In this document: positions 1 to 10,592 of the stretch, one piece after another
How positions within the stretch are numbered: position 1 is the first letter of the stretch
Layout: every line of letters starts with the position of its first letter
DNA from: Prevotella sp.
GTDB lineage: Bacteria > Bacteroidota > Bacteroidia > Bacteroidales > Bacteroidaceae
Direction of reading: 5' to 3'
Assembly: GCA_017389705.1 (NCBI GenBank)
Contig: JAFPEE010000225.1
Location: 5,296-69,295 of the forward strand
Length of the DNA: 64,000 bases
Position numbers and translations under genes: made by a program
The notes under the pieces: model-generated
What the model was told of the DNA's origin: nothing
The model's database searches: none
The model's input: only the letters and a program-made list of their open reading frames with translations

Positions 1-304
1 CAACTACGACACCATGCGCTATCCGTATAAGATCACGCAGACGCTGAATATGTCGGGTAATGTGCGTCTGGCTGAGGGCTGGAACATCAACTTCAGCTCG
101 GGCTATGACTTTGAGAACAAGAAGATTACCACGACGACAGCCAGTCTGTCGCGTGACCTGCACTGCTTCAATATGTCGTGTCAGATAACGCTGGCTCCTT
201 ATACCAGCTATAACTTCTCCTTCCGATGCAATGCTGCCACGCTTACCGATGCTCTGAAGTACGATAAGCGCAGCAGTTTCTCAAATGCTGTACAGTGGTA
301 TTGA
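1..304 (+). CDS. Putative LPS-assembly protein LptD, C-terminal part (5' end outside window)
   Basis: Beta-barrel-like C-terminus (SSGYDF...SLSRDLHC...LKYDKRSS...WY) typical of Bacteroidetes LptD-like proteins; frame open to the window edge. Confidence 0.7.
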   Translation, partial: NYDTMRYPYKITQTLNMSGNVRLAEGWNINFSSGYDFENKKITTTTASLSRDLHCFNMSCQITLAPYTSYNFSFRCNAATLTDALKYDKRSSFSNAVQWY

Positions 305-308
305 TCGG

Positions 309-2567
309 CTATGAGTTTAGCAGGGCATCGAGGGATTCCTGCTCACCGACCACCCAGAGGATGTCGCCCTCTTCAAAACGACGATTGGGATTGACGGGCG
401 ACAGGTTCTCCTTACCTTCTTCCAAGCCGATGACCATACAGCTGTACAGGTTGCGGATGCCACTCTCTTTCAGTGTCTTGCCAATGAAACGGCTTCCCTT
501 GCCAAGGATGAGCTGACGAAGCTTCATCTCACGGTTCTCCAGGTCGAAGTCCTCACCAATAACCTCAGATTCAACAGCATGGGCAAACTTGGTGAGCTGC
601 TCATCGCTGCCAATGACCTGCAGTCTGTCGCCAGGGAAGATGACATAGTCGCCATCGGGGATGTTCAGACGGAAGTTGGCACGCAGGATGCTGCTGACGT
701 GAACACCATACTTACGGCCTAAATCCAGCTGTTTCAGCGTGCTTCCCATCCACTGTGAGTTCATGGGGATGGCCAGCTCGGAAATATGTACATCGCGGTC
801 CAGCAGCTTACCCTCGTACAGGGGACGCTTCTTGCCATGCACCTGTGCCTCGATGTCGCGAGAGCGCAGGTTGAGGATGAAGAGGCGCTCCAGCTTGATG
901 CTGCGCTGCTTGACGGAGCGTGACACAACCATCAGGGCCACTGTTACCAGACCAATGGTTATCATGATGGCGCTGGACAGACGGCTCAGGTAGTTGCAGA
1001 TATAGAAGATGAAGCCTACGGCAATGATGATACGCACCAGGATGGTAAACAGCAGGGGCAGGCGGTTGATGTTGCTCTCAGCCCACAGGGCACGGAACTC
1101 CTCACTACGGTTCTTCTTCATCACCATGGCACGCAGGAAAGGCGATATGAAGAGTACGGTGACAAGGCCTGTAATGGCGTTGGCATACCAATGCAGATCC
1201 CAGCCGGGAAGTACGCTGCGCATGAAAGGCAGGAAGAAGGTGAACATGACGGCAATGACTGCCGAGGTGAGGATGGAGTAGATGAGCGTGTTGACGGCCA
1301 TCTGTGTCAGCAGGTGCTTCCACTTGCTCTTCTCTGTCGTGTTGGGATGACTCATGGACAGATGGTTGAGCAGCTTGATAATCTTGTTGGGCAGACGTTT
1401 CTCCAAGCTGTTATAAGCCGGTATGGCAAGCCGTATCATGTAAGGTGTGAGGAAAGTCGTAATGACGGATACGGCTACCACTACCGGATAAAGGAAATCG
1501 CTGATGACGTTCAGGGCAAGACCCAGCGAGGCTATGATGAACGAGAACTCACCAATCTGTGCCATGGAGAAACCACAGCGCATGGCTGACTTCAGTGACT
1601 CGCCACCCAAGATGAAGGAGATGGTGCCGAGGATGCTCTGGCCTATGAGGATGGTGAGTACCAATGCAAGGATGGGTAGGGCATAGTCTATTAGAATCTG
1701 TGGGTCTACCAGCATGCCTACGGATACGAAGAAGATGGCTCCGAAGAGGTTCTTGACAGGCTCAACAATCTTCTCGATGTGCTCAGCCTCGATGGTCTCA
1801 GCCAGGATGCTACCCATGATGAATGCACCAAAGGCCGACGAGAAGCCTACCTTGGTAGAGAACACTGCCATGGCACAGCACAGACCTAACGACACGATGA
1901 GCAGCACCTCGCTGTTGATGAGCTTGCGGACTCTGCGCAGGAACTCGGGAACAGCAAAGATGCCCACTACCAGCCATAGCACGAGGAAGAAGCCTATCTT
2001 GACTACAGAGCCTAACATCTGGCCTCCATCAGGATTGTTGCCGCTGGCAATAGCCGACAGCATGACCATCATGACAATGGCCAGAATGTCTTCCAGGATG
2101 AGCACTGACATGACGATGCCGGCAAACTGCTGCTGGCGCAGTCCAAGGTCGTCGAAGGCCTTATAGATAATGGTCGTTGACGACATGGCCAGCATACCAC
2201 CCAGGAAGATGCAGTCCATCCTGGGCCACTCGAAGAGTCGGCCTACCAGCACGCCCAGCATGGACATGCAGAAGATGATGGTGGTGGTGGAGATGATGGG
2301 TGAGGCACCCATCTTCAGGATCTTCTTGAACGAGAAGTCGAGACCCAGCGAGAACAACAGGAACATCACGCCGATGTCGGCCCAGAGGTGTACGTTCTCG
2401 GTGTCTACCACTGAGGCGGTATAGGGCATGTGGGGGCTTACGAGGAATCCAGCCACGATGTAGCCCAACACCAAGGGCTGCTTGAGCTTCTTGAAGATAA
2501 TGGTCACGATGCCTGCTGAGATGAGGATGTAGGCCAGGTCGTTGATAAGTGCTGGAATTTCTGCCAT
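309..2567 (-). CDS. CPA2 cation:proton antiporter with two C-terminal TrkA-C (RCK_C) domains
   Basis: KQPLVLGYIVAG, LFSLGLDFS, SSTTII, LILEDI and QIGEFSF motifs; two TrkA-C-like repeats. Confidence 0.9.
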   Translation of the reverse strand: MAEIPALINDLAYILISAGIVTIIFKKLKQPLVLGYIVAGFLVSPHMPYTASVVDTENVHLWADIGVMFLLFSLGLDFSFKKILKMGASPIISTTTIIFCMSMLGVLVGRLFEWPRMDCIFLGGMLAMSSTTIIYKAFDDLGLRQQQFAGIVMSVLILEDILAIVMMVMLSAIASGNNPDGGQMLGSVVKIGFFLVLWLVVGIFAVPEFLRRVRKLINSEVLLIVSLGLCCAMAVFSTKVGFSSAFGAFIMGSILAETIEAEHIEKIVEPVKNLFGAIFFVSVGMLVDPQILIDYALPILALVLTILIGQSILGTISFILGGESLKSAMRCGFSMAQIGEFSFIIASLGLALNVISDFLYPVVVAVSVITTFLTPYMIRLAIPAYNSLEKRLPNKIIKLLNHLSMSHPNTTEKSKWKHLLTQMAVNTLIYSILTSAVIAVMFTFFLPFMRSVLPGWDLHWYANAITGLVTVLFISPFLRAMVMKKNRSEEFRALWAESNINRLPLLFTILVRIIIAVGFIFYICNYLSRLSSAIMITIGLVTVALMVVSRSVKQRSIKLERLFILNLRSRDIEAQVHGKKRPLYEGKLLDRDVHISELAIPMNSQWMGSTLKQLDLGRKYGVHVSSILRANFRLNIPDGDYVIFPGDRLQVIGSDEQLTKFAHAVESEVIGEDFDLENREMKLRQLILGKGSRFIGKTLKESGIRNLYSCMVIGLEEGKENLSPVNPNRRFEEGDILWVVGEQESLDALLNS

Positions 2568-2627
2568 GGATTGCTGCTCCTAATTTTATTCTTGGGTTCT
2601 TGACGCTGAGCTTGGTCTTACCTCGGT

Positions 2628-3851
2628 TTACTGATTGTACTGGGCAGTGAGCTCGCAAATCTTGACGACAACCTGCATGGCCTTCTGCATAGACTGGATG
2701 CTGACGAACTCGTAAGGACCATGGAAGTTGACACCACCAGCGAAGATGTTGGGGCAGGGGAGACCCTTGAAAGACAGCTGGGCACCATCCGTGCCACCAC
2801 GGATAGGTTTCACCTTGGGACTGACACCAACCTCCTGCATAGCTCTGAGTACCAGGTCGATGACATGCATCTGAGGGTCGATCTTCTCTTTCATGTTATA
2901 GTATTGGTCGCTGACGATGCACTCGACAGTTCCCTCGCCATACTTCTCGTTCATCTGCTCTGCACAGCGCTGGATGAAGCGCTTGCGGTCTTCGAAACGG
3001 TCCCTGTCATGGTCGCGGATGATATACGACATCTTAGCCTGCTCCACATTGGACTGAATGCCCAGCAGGTGGTAGAAACCCTGGTAGCCATCAGTGGTCT
3101 CTGGAGTCTCGTCAGCAGGTAGCATGTTAGCAAACTCTGCTGCCAGACGGTTGGCATTCACCATCTTGTCCTTGGCATAGCCGGGATGTACGCTGATGCC
3201 CTTGATGGTCATCTTGGCAGAGGCAGCATTGAAGTTCTCGAACTCCAGCTCACCTACATCGCCACCATCCATGGTGTAGGCCCACTCGCATCCAAACTTC
3301 TTGACATCGAAGTGGTGGGCACCCATGCCTATCTCCTCGTCGGGATTGAAGGCAATGCGTATCTTGCCATGCTTGATCTCCTTATGCTCCTGCAGATAGA
3401 CCATGGCCTGCACAATCTCGGCAATGCCTGCCTTGTCGTCAGCACCTAAAAGGGTGGTGCCGTCAGTGACGATGAGGTCCTCGCCTACATGCTGCAGCAG
3501 CTCAGGGAACTTCTTCGGGCTGGAGACAATGCCTTCAGAGAGAAGGATGTCTGAGCCGTCGTAGTTAGAAACTATCTGTGCTTTGATGTCGGCACCAGAG
3601 CAGTCGGGGCTGGTGTCGTAGTGAGAGATGAAGCCAATGGTAGGCACGTCGTCCTTCATGTTACTCTTCAGCGTGGCGTAGAGATAGCCTTTCTCGTCGA
3701 GCTCCACATCGTCAAGGCCTTCGTGCTCCAACTCTTTCTTCAGGTAATCGGCAAACAGCAATTGTTTGCTGGTACTGGGTACAGTCTCGCTCTCCTCGCT
3801 TGACTGGGTATCGAACTTGGTGTAGTTCAAAAAACGTTCAATAATATCCAT
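2628..3851 (-). CDS. pepT: Peptidase T (tripeptidase)
   Basis: [27 protein letters not shown] and NFHG motifs; start moved to MDIIERF, downstream of the promoter. Confidence 0.95.
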   Translation of the reverse strand: MDIIERFLNYTKFDTQSSEESETVPSTSKQLLFADYLKKELEHEGLDDVELDEKGYLYATLKSNMKDDVPTIGFISHYDTSPDCSGADIKAQIVSNYDGSDILLSEGIVSSPKKFPELLQHVGEDLIVTDGTTLLGADDKAGIAEIVQAMVYLQEHKEIKHGKIRIAFNPDEEIGMGAHHFDVKKFGCEWAYTMDGGDVGELEFENFNAASAKMTIKGISVHPGYAKDKMVNANRLAAEFANMLPADETPETTDGYQGFYHLLGIQSNVEQAKMSYIIRDHDRDRFEDRKRFIQRCAEQMNEKYGEGTVECIVSDQYYNMKEKIDPQMHVIDLVLRAMQEVGVSPKVKPIRGGTDGAQLSFKGLPCPNIFAGGVNFHGPYEFVSIQSMQKAMQVVVKICELTAQYNQ

Positions 3852-3877
3852 TTCTTGTTTTAAAGTTTTATAGCATG

Positions 3878-3885
3878 CAAAGGTA
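3878..3885 (-). promoter_or_regulatory. Bacteroidetes sigmaA -7 element of pepT
   Basis: TACCTTTG on the minus strand matches TAnnTTTG. Confidence 0.7.
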
Positions 3886-3961
3886 AACAAAAAAAACAGA
3901 AAAGCCAAATATTCTTTGACTTTTCTTATTTTGTGGTTATTTTCTTCAAATTTCCTGTTTC

Positions 3962-6163
3962 TTAAATCTCAAAGGGAATCACCAGCTTAAAGGTGATGTT
4001 GCGTCCCATGTGATAGACTCCCCTACGTCCTGTGACGTTGTTGACGTCGGCATATTTCAAACGACTCAAGTGATTCTGGTAGGCACGGTTCAGCAGGTTG
4101 TTGGCTGTCACGTATAGCTCGGCAACCTTCTTCTGGCCAAACAAGATGTCGGTACCTAAGGACAGGTTCAGAAGGGTGTAGCCGGGGGTAGGTGTCTCAG
4201 TGTCGTCGGCACTAAAGACGTGACTCTGCTTTAGGTAGCACTCCAGACCTGCCGCAATATAAATATTGTTTAATGATACGAAAGAGGTGAAATGCTTGTG
4301 GTCGGTCTCATGGTTGTGGCCTACGGTGCTATGCTGGTGGTGTGCCAGCTCCCACTTAAGCTCTGAAGTCCAGCGTGGAGCTGGAGTGTAGGGTAGATAT
4401 TTCATGTTGTCAGGCTGGTGCAGCAGCTGGGCATCGACATACGAGAAAGTATTGGCCAGGTGCAGAGAGTGGATGGGGTGGAAGTCTACGCCAGCCTCGA
4501 AACCTAACAGGCGGGCATCTCCCTGAGCATAGGCATAGACGGGATTGTCGTCGATGAAGGTTCCTTCGCCTTTCAGGTAGATATAATTGTCAATCCTATT
4601 GGCAAAGAGTGCCAGCTGTGCGGAGACATAGCGCGAGGTAAAGTCTATTCCCAGGTCGCCCTGCAGACTGTATTCGGCCTTGAGCTGCTGGTTGCCCAGC
4701 TCGTAGCGCAAAGAGCCCTCATGAACACCGTTGGAGGCCAGCTCGCTCATGTTGGGAGTACGAAAGCCACGTGCCACATTGAGTCGTATGTTCAGGTGGT
4801 CGTTCATGTTCCATACTGCTCCCAAGCTACCCGTCAGTCCGTTGAAATGGCGTGTGAAGTCGGTAAAGCGCAGCGCTTCGTCTTCGACGAGCTCATTGCC
4901 ATGCAGGTAGCGGTGGTCGTACCTGACGCCTCCATTCAGTGTCCATCGGTAAAGGGTCTTGCTGACGGTGGCATAAGCTCCGATGTCAAAGAGGCGGTAG
5001 TTGGGGATAAGGAACTCCTCGCCTTTGTTCTGTGACTGCTGCCACATGCCTCCCAGACCTGCTGACAGCTTCCATCCATCCCACTCGTGGGTCAGGTAGC
5101 GGAAGTCGTAGGTAATGGTATGTAGCTTGAGGAACAGCTCTGGCTTCTCTTCTTCCTCTTCAAACTCCTTGCGACGATTCTGCTGATAGCCGATGATGGC
5201 CTTCAGGTAGCCTTTCTCCAGGTTCAGGGAGTTGTCCCACACCAGCTTGTAGTGCTTCACCTGCTGGAAAGGCAGCGTCTTGCCATATTGGCAACCGGTC
5301 CAGCCTTCCTCGTGCTCCAGCTCGCCAGTCTCAGTGTCACGCTCACCTTCCACGATGCCAGGTGTCAGGTGGTGTGAGGTCCAGGTGAGGCGTGAGTGGC
5401 CCCACTGCTTCTGCAGGCCTATCATCAGTCGGCCTGACATCTCCTTGAACTGTGAGCCAGGGACATAGCCGTCGTACTTATTCTTATAGGCGTGAGCCAT
5501 CTTGCCACTCCAGCGGGCATCCCATACAAAGCCATGCTGGTTGCCTGCCATGTTCAGCGAGTAGCCCAGCAGACCATTGTTGGTCTGGTATTCTGTGCTG
5601 GCATCGCCACGCAGGCTACCCTCAGGCAGGATGGGCTGGCTGTGCAGGATGACAACGCCTGCCATGGCGTCAGAGCCATACATCAGTGAGGCAGGGCCTT
5701 TCAGAATCTCAACAGAGCTCACTGCTCCGCCATCTACCTCTACGCCATGCTCGTCGCCCCATTGCTGGCCTTCCTGACGTACACCCTCGCTCATGACAAC
5801 AACGCGGTTGTATCCTAATCCACGGATGATGGGCTTGGAGATGCCGCTACCTGTCGTCAGCTGTGCCATGCCTGGTTGCTTGGCAATGGCATCAATGACA
5901 TTGGTAGACGATGTGGAACGCAGTTCCTTGGCGCTCACTATAGTAATGGGCGTTGTAGAGTTCTTCAGCTTGGTGTCACCGGTAACACCTGTCACCACTA
6001 GCTCGTTAAGCTTCAGGTGGCGAAAGAAGATGTCTGTAGAATCCTCTCCGTGGTGATGTTGCTGTGAGGGTTGTGGCTTGTGGTTATCCTGTGCTGCCAG
6101 AGGGATGCTGACACTCATCAGCCATGCTCCCAAGGCGAGCATTCTTATCATTTTCGATTTCAT
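3962..6163 (-). CDS. TonB-dependent receptor with His-rich segments (probable metal uptake)
   Basis: Signal peptide, LNELVVTG TonB box, plug motifs KPIIRG and [20 protein letters not shown], barrel-type C-terminus. Confidence 0.9.
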   Translation of the reverse strand: MKSKMIRMLALGAWLMSVSIPLAAQDNHKPQPSQQHHHGEDSTDIFFRHLKLNELVVTGVTGDTKLKNSTTPITIVSAKELRSTSSTNVIDAIAKQPGMAQLTTGSGISKPIIRGLGYNRVVVMSEGVRQEGQQWGDEHGVEVDGGAVSSVEILKGPASLMYGSDAMAGVVILHSQPILPEGSLRGDASTEYQTNNGLLGYSLNMAGNQHGFVWDARWSGKMAHAYKNKYDGYVPGSQFKEMSGRLMIGLQKQWGHSRLTWTSHHLTPGIVEGERDTETGELEHEEGWTGCQYGKTLPFQQVKHYKLVWDNSLNLEKGYLKAIIGYQQNRRKEFEEEEEKPELFLKLHTITYDFRYLTHEWDGWKLSAGLGGMWQQSQNKGEEFLIPNYRLFDIGAYATVSKTLYRWTLNGGVRYDHRYLHGNELVEDEALRFTDFTRHFNGLTGSLGAVWNMNDHLNIRLNVARGFRTPNMSELASNGVHEGSLRYELGNQQLKAEYSLQGDLGIDFTSRYVSAQLALFANRIDNYIYLKGEGTFIDDNPVYAYAQGDARLLGFEAGVDFHPIHSLHLANTFSYVDAQLLHQPDNMKYLPYTPAPRWTSELKWELAHHQHSTVGHNHETDHKHFTSFVSLNNIYIAAGLECYLKQSHVFSADDTETPTPGYTLLNLSLGTDILFGQKKVAELYVTANNLLNRAYQNHLSRLKYADVNNVTGRRGVYHMGRNITFKLVIPFEI

Positions 6164-6168
6164 TGATG

Positions 6169-6176
6169 CAAAGGTA
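6169..6176 (-). promoter_or_regulatory. -7 promoter element of the TonB receptor gene
   Basis: TACCTTTG on the minus strand, 5 nt from the first ATG. Confidence 0.65.
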
Positions 6177-6213
6177 CGAATAACTTGTCAAAGTGCAAAA
6201 TAAATAGGAAAGA

Positions 6214-6247
6214 TTTGTAGGCTTTTAAGAAATTTTTTGTACCTTTG
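6214..6247 (+). promoter_or_regulatory. Promoter of the sugar catabolic operon
   Basis: TTTG (6214-6217) plus TACCTTTG (6240-6247). Confidence 0.7.
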
Positions 6248-6300
6248 CACTCAGAACGAACTAACAACTAAAACAAACACGTAAAAATGTAATACTCACC

Positions 6301-7491
6301 ATGCTCGTTATCTTGGGCATGGTGACCTTCCTCGATCGCATCAACATCAGTGTGGCAGGGTCGAGCATCATGCATGACCTCAATCTGTCACCCTCGCAGT
6401 GGGGATGGGTGCAGAGTGCCTTCATCCTCTCCTACGGACTGATGCAGATTCCCATGGGAGCCTTAGGCGATCGTTTTGGACATCGTAAGATATTGGCTGC
6501 CATTGTGTTATGGTGGTCGTTGTTCACGGCCTTTACAGGCTTGGCAGGAGGACTGGCCTCGCTGTTGGTTATACGCTTTATGTTTGGCATTGGAGAGGCT
6601 GGCTCGTCACCATGCTCGACAGGTGTTATCTCGCGCTGGTTTGAGAAAGGGGAGGTAGGCAAGGCACAGGGCTACGTCTGGGCAGCATCACGTATGGGAG
6701 GTGCTCTGACGCCTTTTGTCGTCATACCCGTAATGATGTCTGTTGGCTGGCGGGCAGCATTCTACCTTTAAGGTGCCATGGGCATTTTGTGGGCTGTCGT
6801 GTGGTATTGGTATTATCGCGACAAGGAGCCTCTTACCGCTCATGCCACACCTATAAGCTCGAAAAGCATCTGGTCGGATATTTTGAAGAATAAGCAGTTC
6901 TGGCTTCTCTGCACCATGTATTTCTTCTATACCTTCGGCTCATGGTTCTTCTTCTCATGGTTCCCTACCTTTATGGAACTGGGACGAGGCTTTGACAAGA
7001 CAGAGCTGACCTATGCTGTCGCTGTACCTTTCATTATGAGTATGATAGGTAATATAGCAGGAGGCCACCTGACAGACCTGCTGACACAGAAGTATGGCAT
7101 CCGCATAGGACGTAAGGCGCTGGGTTCTACATCGTTGGCTGTTTCTGCCGTATGCATGTTCCTTGCAGCCTTCATCCCTGGCAAGATGGCCGTATTCATC
7201 TTCCTGTCGCTTTGCTTTGGTATCTTCGACCTCATGCTGCCCTCTGCCTGGGCCTTGTGTATCGACCTTGGCAAACAGCAGGCAGGAACCCTCTCCGGTG
7301 CCATGAATACAGCTGGCAACATAGGAGGTTTCTGCTGTGGCATTCTCTTTGGCGAGCTTGTACAACAGTCGGGCAATTACAACCTGCCACTCTACATGAT
7401 AGCTCTTATGCTCGTCATCAGTGCCATCCTCTTCGCCTTCATCAATCCCTCCAACCCCATTATCCAGGAAAACACGAGTCCAGGGAAGTGA
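6301..7491 (+). pseudogene. MFS transporter (ACS/sugar-acid type) interrupted by an in-frame TAA
   Basis: ORFs 6301-6771 and 6778-7491 share one frame, separated only by TAA GGT GCC; together they form a complete MFS (FLDRINIS, GALGDRFG, GTLSGAMN). Confidence 0.85.
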
Positions 7492-7548
7492 GGACTTTTT
7501 AGGCTGAAGTGCGTCTATATATAAATAGGTATTTATAAACGAATAAAT

Positions 7549-9030
7549 ATGAAGCAGTATTTCTTTGCTGTCGACCTAGGGGCGACGAGTGGACGTACCA
7601 TCTTGGGTACGCTTTCAGACGGGAAGCTGGAGCAGGAGGAGATTACCCGTTTTCCTAACAACCTGATAGAGACAGGAGGTCATTTCTACTGGGATATCTA
7701 CGCCTTGTACTTTGAGATGATTAAGGGTCTGCAGATAGTGGGCAAGCGTGGGTTGGACATTTCCAGCATAGGTATTGATACGTGGGGAGTGGACTTTGTG
7801 TTCATAGGTGAGGATCATGCTATCTTGCGTAATCCCATGGCCTATCGTGACCCCCATACGTTTGAGGCCATAGATGACTATCTGCAGCATGTGAAGGACA
7901 AGAAAACGGTGTACGATATTACGGGCATCCAGTTTATGAACTTCAACTCGCTGTTCCAGTTGCATGCTATGCGTAAGGCTGGCAATTCGGCATTGCAGCA
8001 TTGTAAGAAGGTACTGTTTGTGCCTGATGCGCTGAGCTGGATGCTGACAGGAGAGGCGGTATGCGAGTATACCATCGCCTCAACATCGCAGATGCTTAAT
8101 CCCAAGACGGGTAAACTGTCGGAAGAGCTCATAGAGAGCGTCGGCCTGACTCCTGAGCATTTTGGACGCTTGGTACAGCCTGGAACAAAGATTGGCGTGC
8201 TGACAGAGGAGGTGCAGAAGATAACAGGGCTGGGGCCTGTGCCAGTGATAGCTGTTGCTGGGCATGATACTGCCAGTGCAGTAGCTGCTGTACCTGCCAA
8301 GGACGAGAGTTTTGCCTATCTGAGTAGTGGCACATGGAGTCTGATGGGTATTGAGACCAAGCAGGCGATTATCGATGAGCGCAGCTACGAGCTGAACTTT
8401 ACCAATGAGGGTGGCATAGAGGGTACGACGCGTTTCCTGAAGAACATCTGTGGCATGTGGCTCTATGAGCGCTGTCGTAAGGAATGGCCTGAGGAGGTGC
8501 GCCAGCTGAGTCATCCGGAGCTGCAGGGCTCTGCCATGCAGGTAGAGGCCTTCCGTAGCATTATCAACCCTGATGATGCCATGTTTGCCAATCCTCCCTC
8601 GATGATTAAGGCCATACAGCAGTATTGTCGTGACACACAGCAGGTTGTTCCTGAGACACCTGCGGAGATATGCCGTTGCATCTTCGACTCGCTGGCCTTG
8701 CGCTATCGTCAGGTGTTCGGATGGCTAAAGGATTTCGCCTCGTTCCCACTCGACATGCTACACATCATTGGCGGTGGCTCGCTGAACAAGTACCTGAACC
8801 AGTTTACTGCTGACGCTTTGGGCGTTGAGGTGCTGGCAGGTCCTCAAGAGTGTACGGCTATAGGTAACATCATGCTACAAGCCAAGGCTTCAGGACTGGT
8901 CAGCGACATCTGGGCGATGCGTGCCATTATAGCCAATAGCGTCGAAATGGTATCTTACCATCCGACAGGCGACAAGGCTGCATGGGATCAGGCTTACGAG
9001 AAATATCTAAAAGTAACAAATAAAAAATAA
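7549..9030 (+). CDS. rhaB: Rhamnulokinase (FGGY family)
   Basis: AVDLGATSGR, GIDTWGVD, GHDTASA, SSGTWSLMG and FTNEGG motifs. Confidence 0.85.
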   Translation: MKQYFFAVDLGATSGRTILGTLSDGKLEQEEITRFPNNLIETGGHFYWDIYALYFEMIKGLQIVGKRGLDISSIGIDTWGVDFVFIGEDHAILRNPMAYRDPHTFEAIDDYLQHVKDKKTVYDITGIQFMNFNSLFQLHAMRKAGNSALQHCKKVLFVPDALSWMLTGEAVCEYTIASTSQMLNPKTGKLSEELIESVGLTPEHFGRLVQPGTKIGVLTEEVQKITGLGPVPVIAVAGHDTASAVAAVPAKDESFAYLSSGTWSLMGIETKQAIIDERSYELNFTNEGGIEGTTRFLKNICGMWLYERCRKEWPEEVRQLSHPELQGSAMQVEAFRSIINPDDAMFANPPSMIKAIQQYCRDTQQVVPETPAEICRCIFDSLALRYRQVFGWLKDFASFPLDMLHIIGGGSLNKYLNQFTADALGVEVLAGPQECTAIGNIMLQAKASGLVSDIWAMRAIIANSVEMVSYHPTGDKAAWDQAYEKYLKVTNKK

Positions 9031-9040
9031 TAAGATCATT

Positions 9041-10471
9041 ATGGCAAAACCATTAGTTGAAACCAAAGCAAGAGTAGGTGTGTTCAGCATTGCGCTGGGT
9101 GCATACCTGCCACAGTTCCCTCAACTCGTACCTGAGTTCGAGGCACAGTATGAGACCTTTAAAAAGACGTTGCCCAACACCATTGACATCATTGATGGTG
9201 GCATGGTGACTACCAAGGAGCAGTCGATGGCAGCAGGTGACAAGTTCCGTGCTGCTGATGTAGACCTGGTGATTCTCCAGATGCTGACCTATTGTACATC
9301 TTATAATATGCTGCCTGCTGTTCGTGACCTCGACGTACCTGTTGTGATTGTGAACGTACAGAAGAAACTGGCTCCCGACTATGACAAGACGGACATTCCC
9401 ACCTGGCTGGGCGAATTGTATGCCTGTGGTGCCATTGGCGAGATGGTGGCTGACCTGAATCGTGCCGGCAAGCGCTCTGCTGTCATCACTGGCGTAGTAG
9501 AGGGAGGCGACCCAGAGGTACAGGCAGAGATAGAGGACTGGTGCCGTGCAGCACAGGTGCGTCGTCGTTTCCGCGATACGAATATAGCCCAGATAGGTCG
9601 TCCCTATCCAGGCATGATGGACCTCTACATTGACGAAACCAACCTCTACCATCGTATGTTTGTCTATACCAAGCAGTTCGATTGGGAGCAGATGTGGGCT
9701 ATTGCTGACAATATCACTGACGAGGCCGCTATCAAGGCCAAGGCTCAGGATATTTTGGACACCTTCGACATCGAGGGTGGGGGAACCATTGAGAAAGTGT
9801 GGGATATGGCCAAATACGTCGTTGCCTTCGAGCAGTGGGTCAAGGACGAACAGCTGGGTATGATTGCCTCGCACTACGCTGGCTTCGCACAGGGTGTAGC
9901 TGGCAAGCTCGACTCTATGCTGATTCCTGCCTTCTCGATGCTCATCAAGCAGCATACTGCTTGTGCAGTAGAGGGCGACATGAAGGTGGCTATGGCCATG
10001 TCGATTCTGAAGACCATCTCAGGCACAGGTACGCTGGCTGAGATGTACTCTATTGACTTCCCGAAAGACATCTGCATCATTGGCCACTCTGGCTCTGGCG
10101 ACTTCGATATCTCGCAGGCCCACAAGCCTACGATGAAGATTGTGCCCGTGTTCCACGGGAAGACGGGAGGTGGCTATCTGACGCAGTTCTATCCTCCCAC
10201 GGGTCCTGTGACCTATCTGGCCATTACACAGGACAAGAACGGTGTCTTTAAGTTTGTGGTGGCTGAGGGCGTGAACGAGGAAGGACCTATCTTTACCTTT
10301 GGCGACACCAACATGCGCACCAAGTTCTCGCTGAGCTGTCGTGAGTTTGTCAACAAGTGGAGTGAGGCAGGTCCTACGCATCATATGGCAGCAGCTGTGG
10401 GTCATCATATCGACACCATTCTGAAGGTTGCCAAGATTTTCAACATAGAGTGTGACGTAGTTTGTCGTTAA
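9041..10471 (+). CDS. L-fucose/L-arabinose isomerase family protein
   Basis: CAVEGD, IGHSG and GPTHH metal-site motifs of the FucI/AraA fold; not RhaA-like. Confidence 0.8.
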   Translation: MAKPLVETKARVGVFSIALGAYLPQFPQLVPEFEAQYETFKKTLPNTIDIIDGGMVTTKEQSMAAGDKFRAADVDLVILQMLTYCTSYNMLPAVRDLDVPVVIVNVQKKLAPDYDKTDIPTWLGELYACGAIGEMVADLNRAGKRSAVITGVVEGGDPEVQAEIEDWCRAAQVRRRFRDTNIAQIGRPYPGMMDLYIDETNLYHRMFVYTKQFDWEQMWAIADNITDEAAIKAKAQDILDTFDIEGGGTIEKVWDMAKYVVAFEQWVKDEQLGMIASHYAGFAQGVAGKLDSMLIPAFSMLIKQHTACAVEGDMKVAMAMSILKTISGTGTLAEMYSIDFPKDICIIGHSGSGDFDISQAHKPTMKIVPVFHGKTGGGYLTQFYPPTGPVTYLAITQDKNGVFKFVVAEGVNEEGPIFTFGDTNMRTKFSLSCREFVNKWSEAGPTHHMAAAVGHHIDTILKVAKIFNIECDVVCR

Positions 10472-10476
10472 TTATA

Positions 10477-10510
10477 AGAGGTGAGAGGTAAGAGGTGAGA
10501 GGTAAGAGAA
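10477..10510 (+). repeat. Heptamer array AGAGGT(G/A) x~5, left arm of a 34-bp inverted repeat
   Basis: agaggtgagaggtaagaggtgagaggtaagagaa is the exact reverse complement of 12355-12388. Confidence 0.95.
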
Positions 10511-10543
10511 ATGTTCTAATGGCAGAGAAGGGTGCGCAAGCTA

Positions 10544-10576
10544 TTCTCTCATCACTTACCTCTCACTAATCACCTC
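10544..10576 (-). repeat. Degenerate inverted copy of the heptamer array
   Basis: ttctctcatcacttacctctcactaatcacctc; 8 mismatches in 33 nt versus the distal arm by manual alignment. Confidence 0.8.
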
Positions 10577-10592
10577 AAAAATAATAACGTTT

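Noticed and set aside
6769-6771. Programmed readthrough or recoding of the MFS stop
   Set aside because: The codon is TAA, which ends many genes here, and no recoding signal is evident; mutation or sequencing error is simpler
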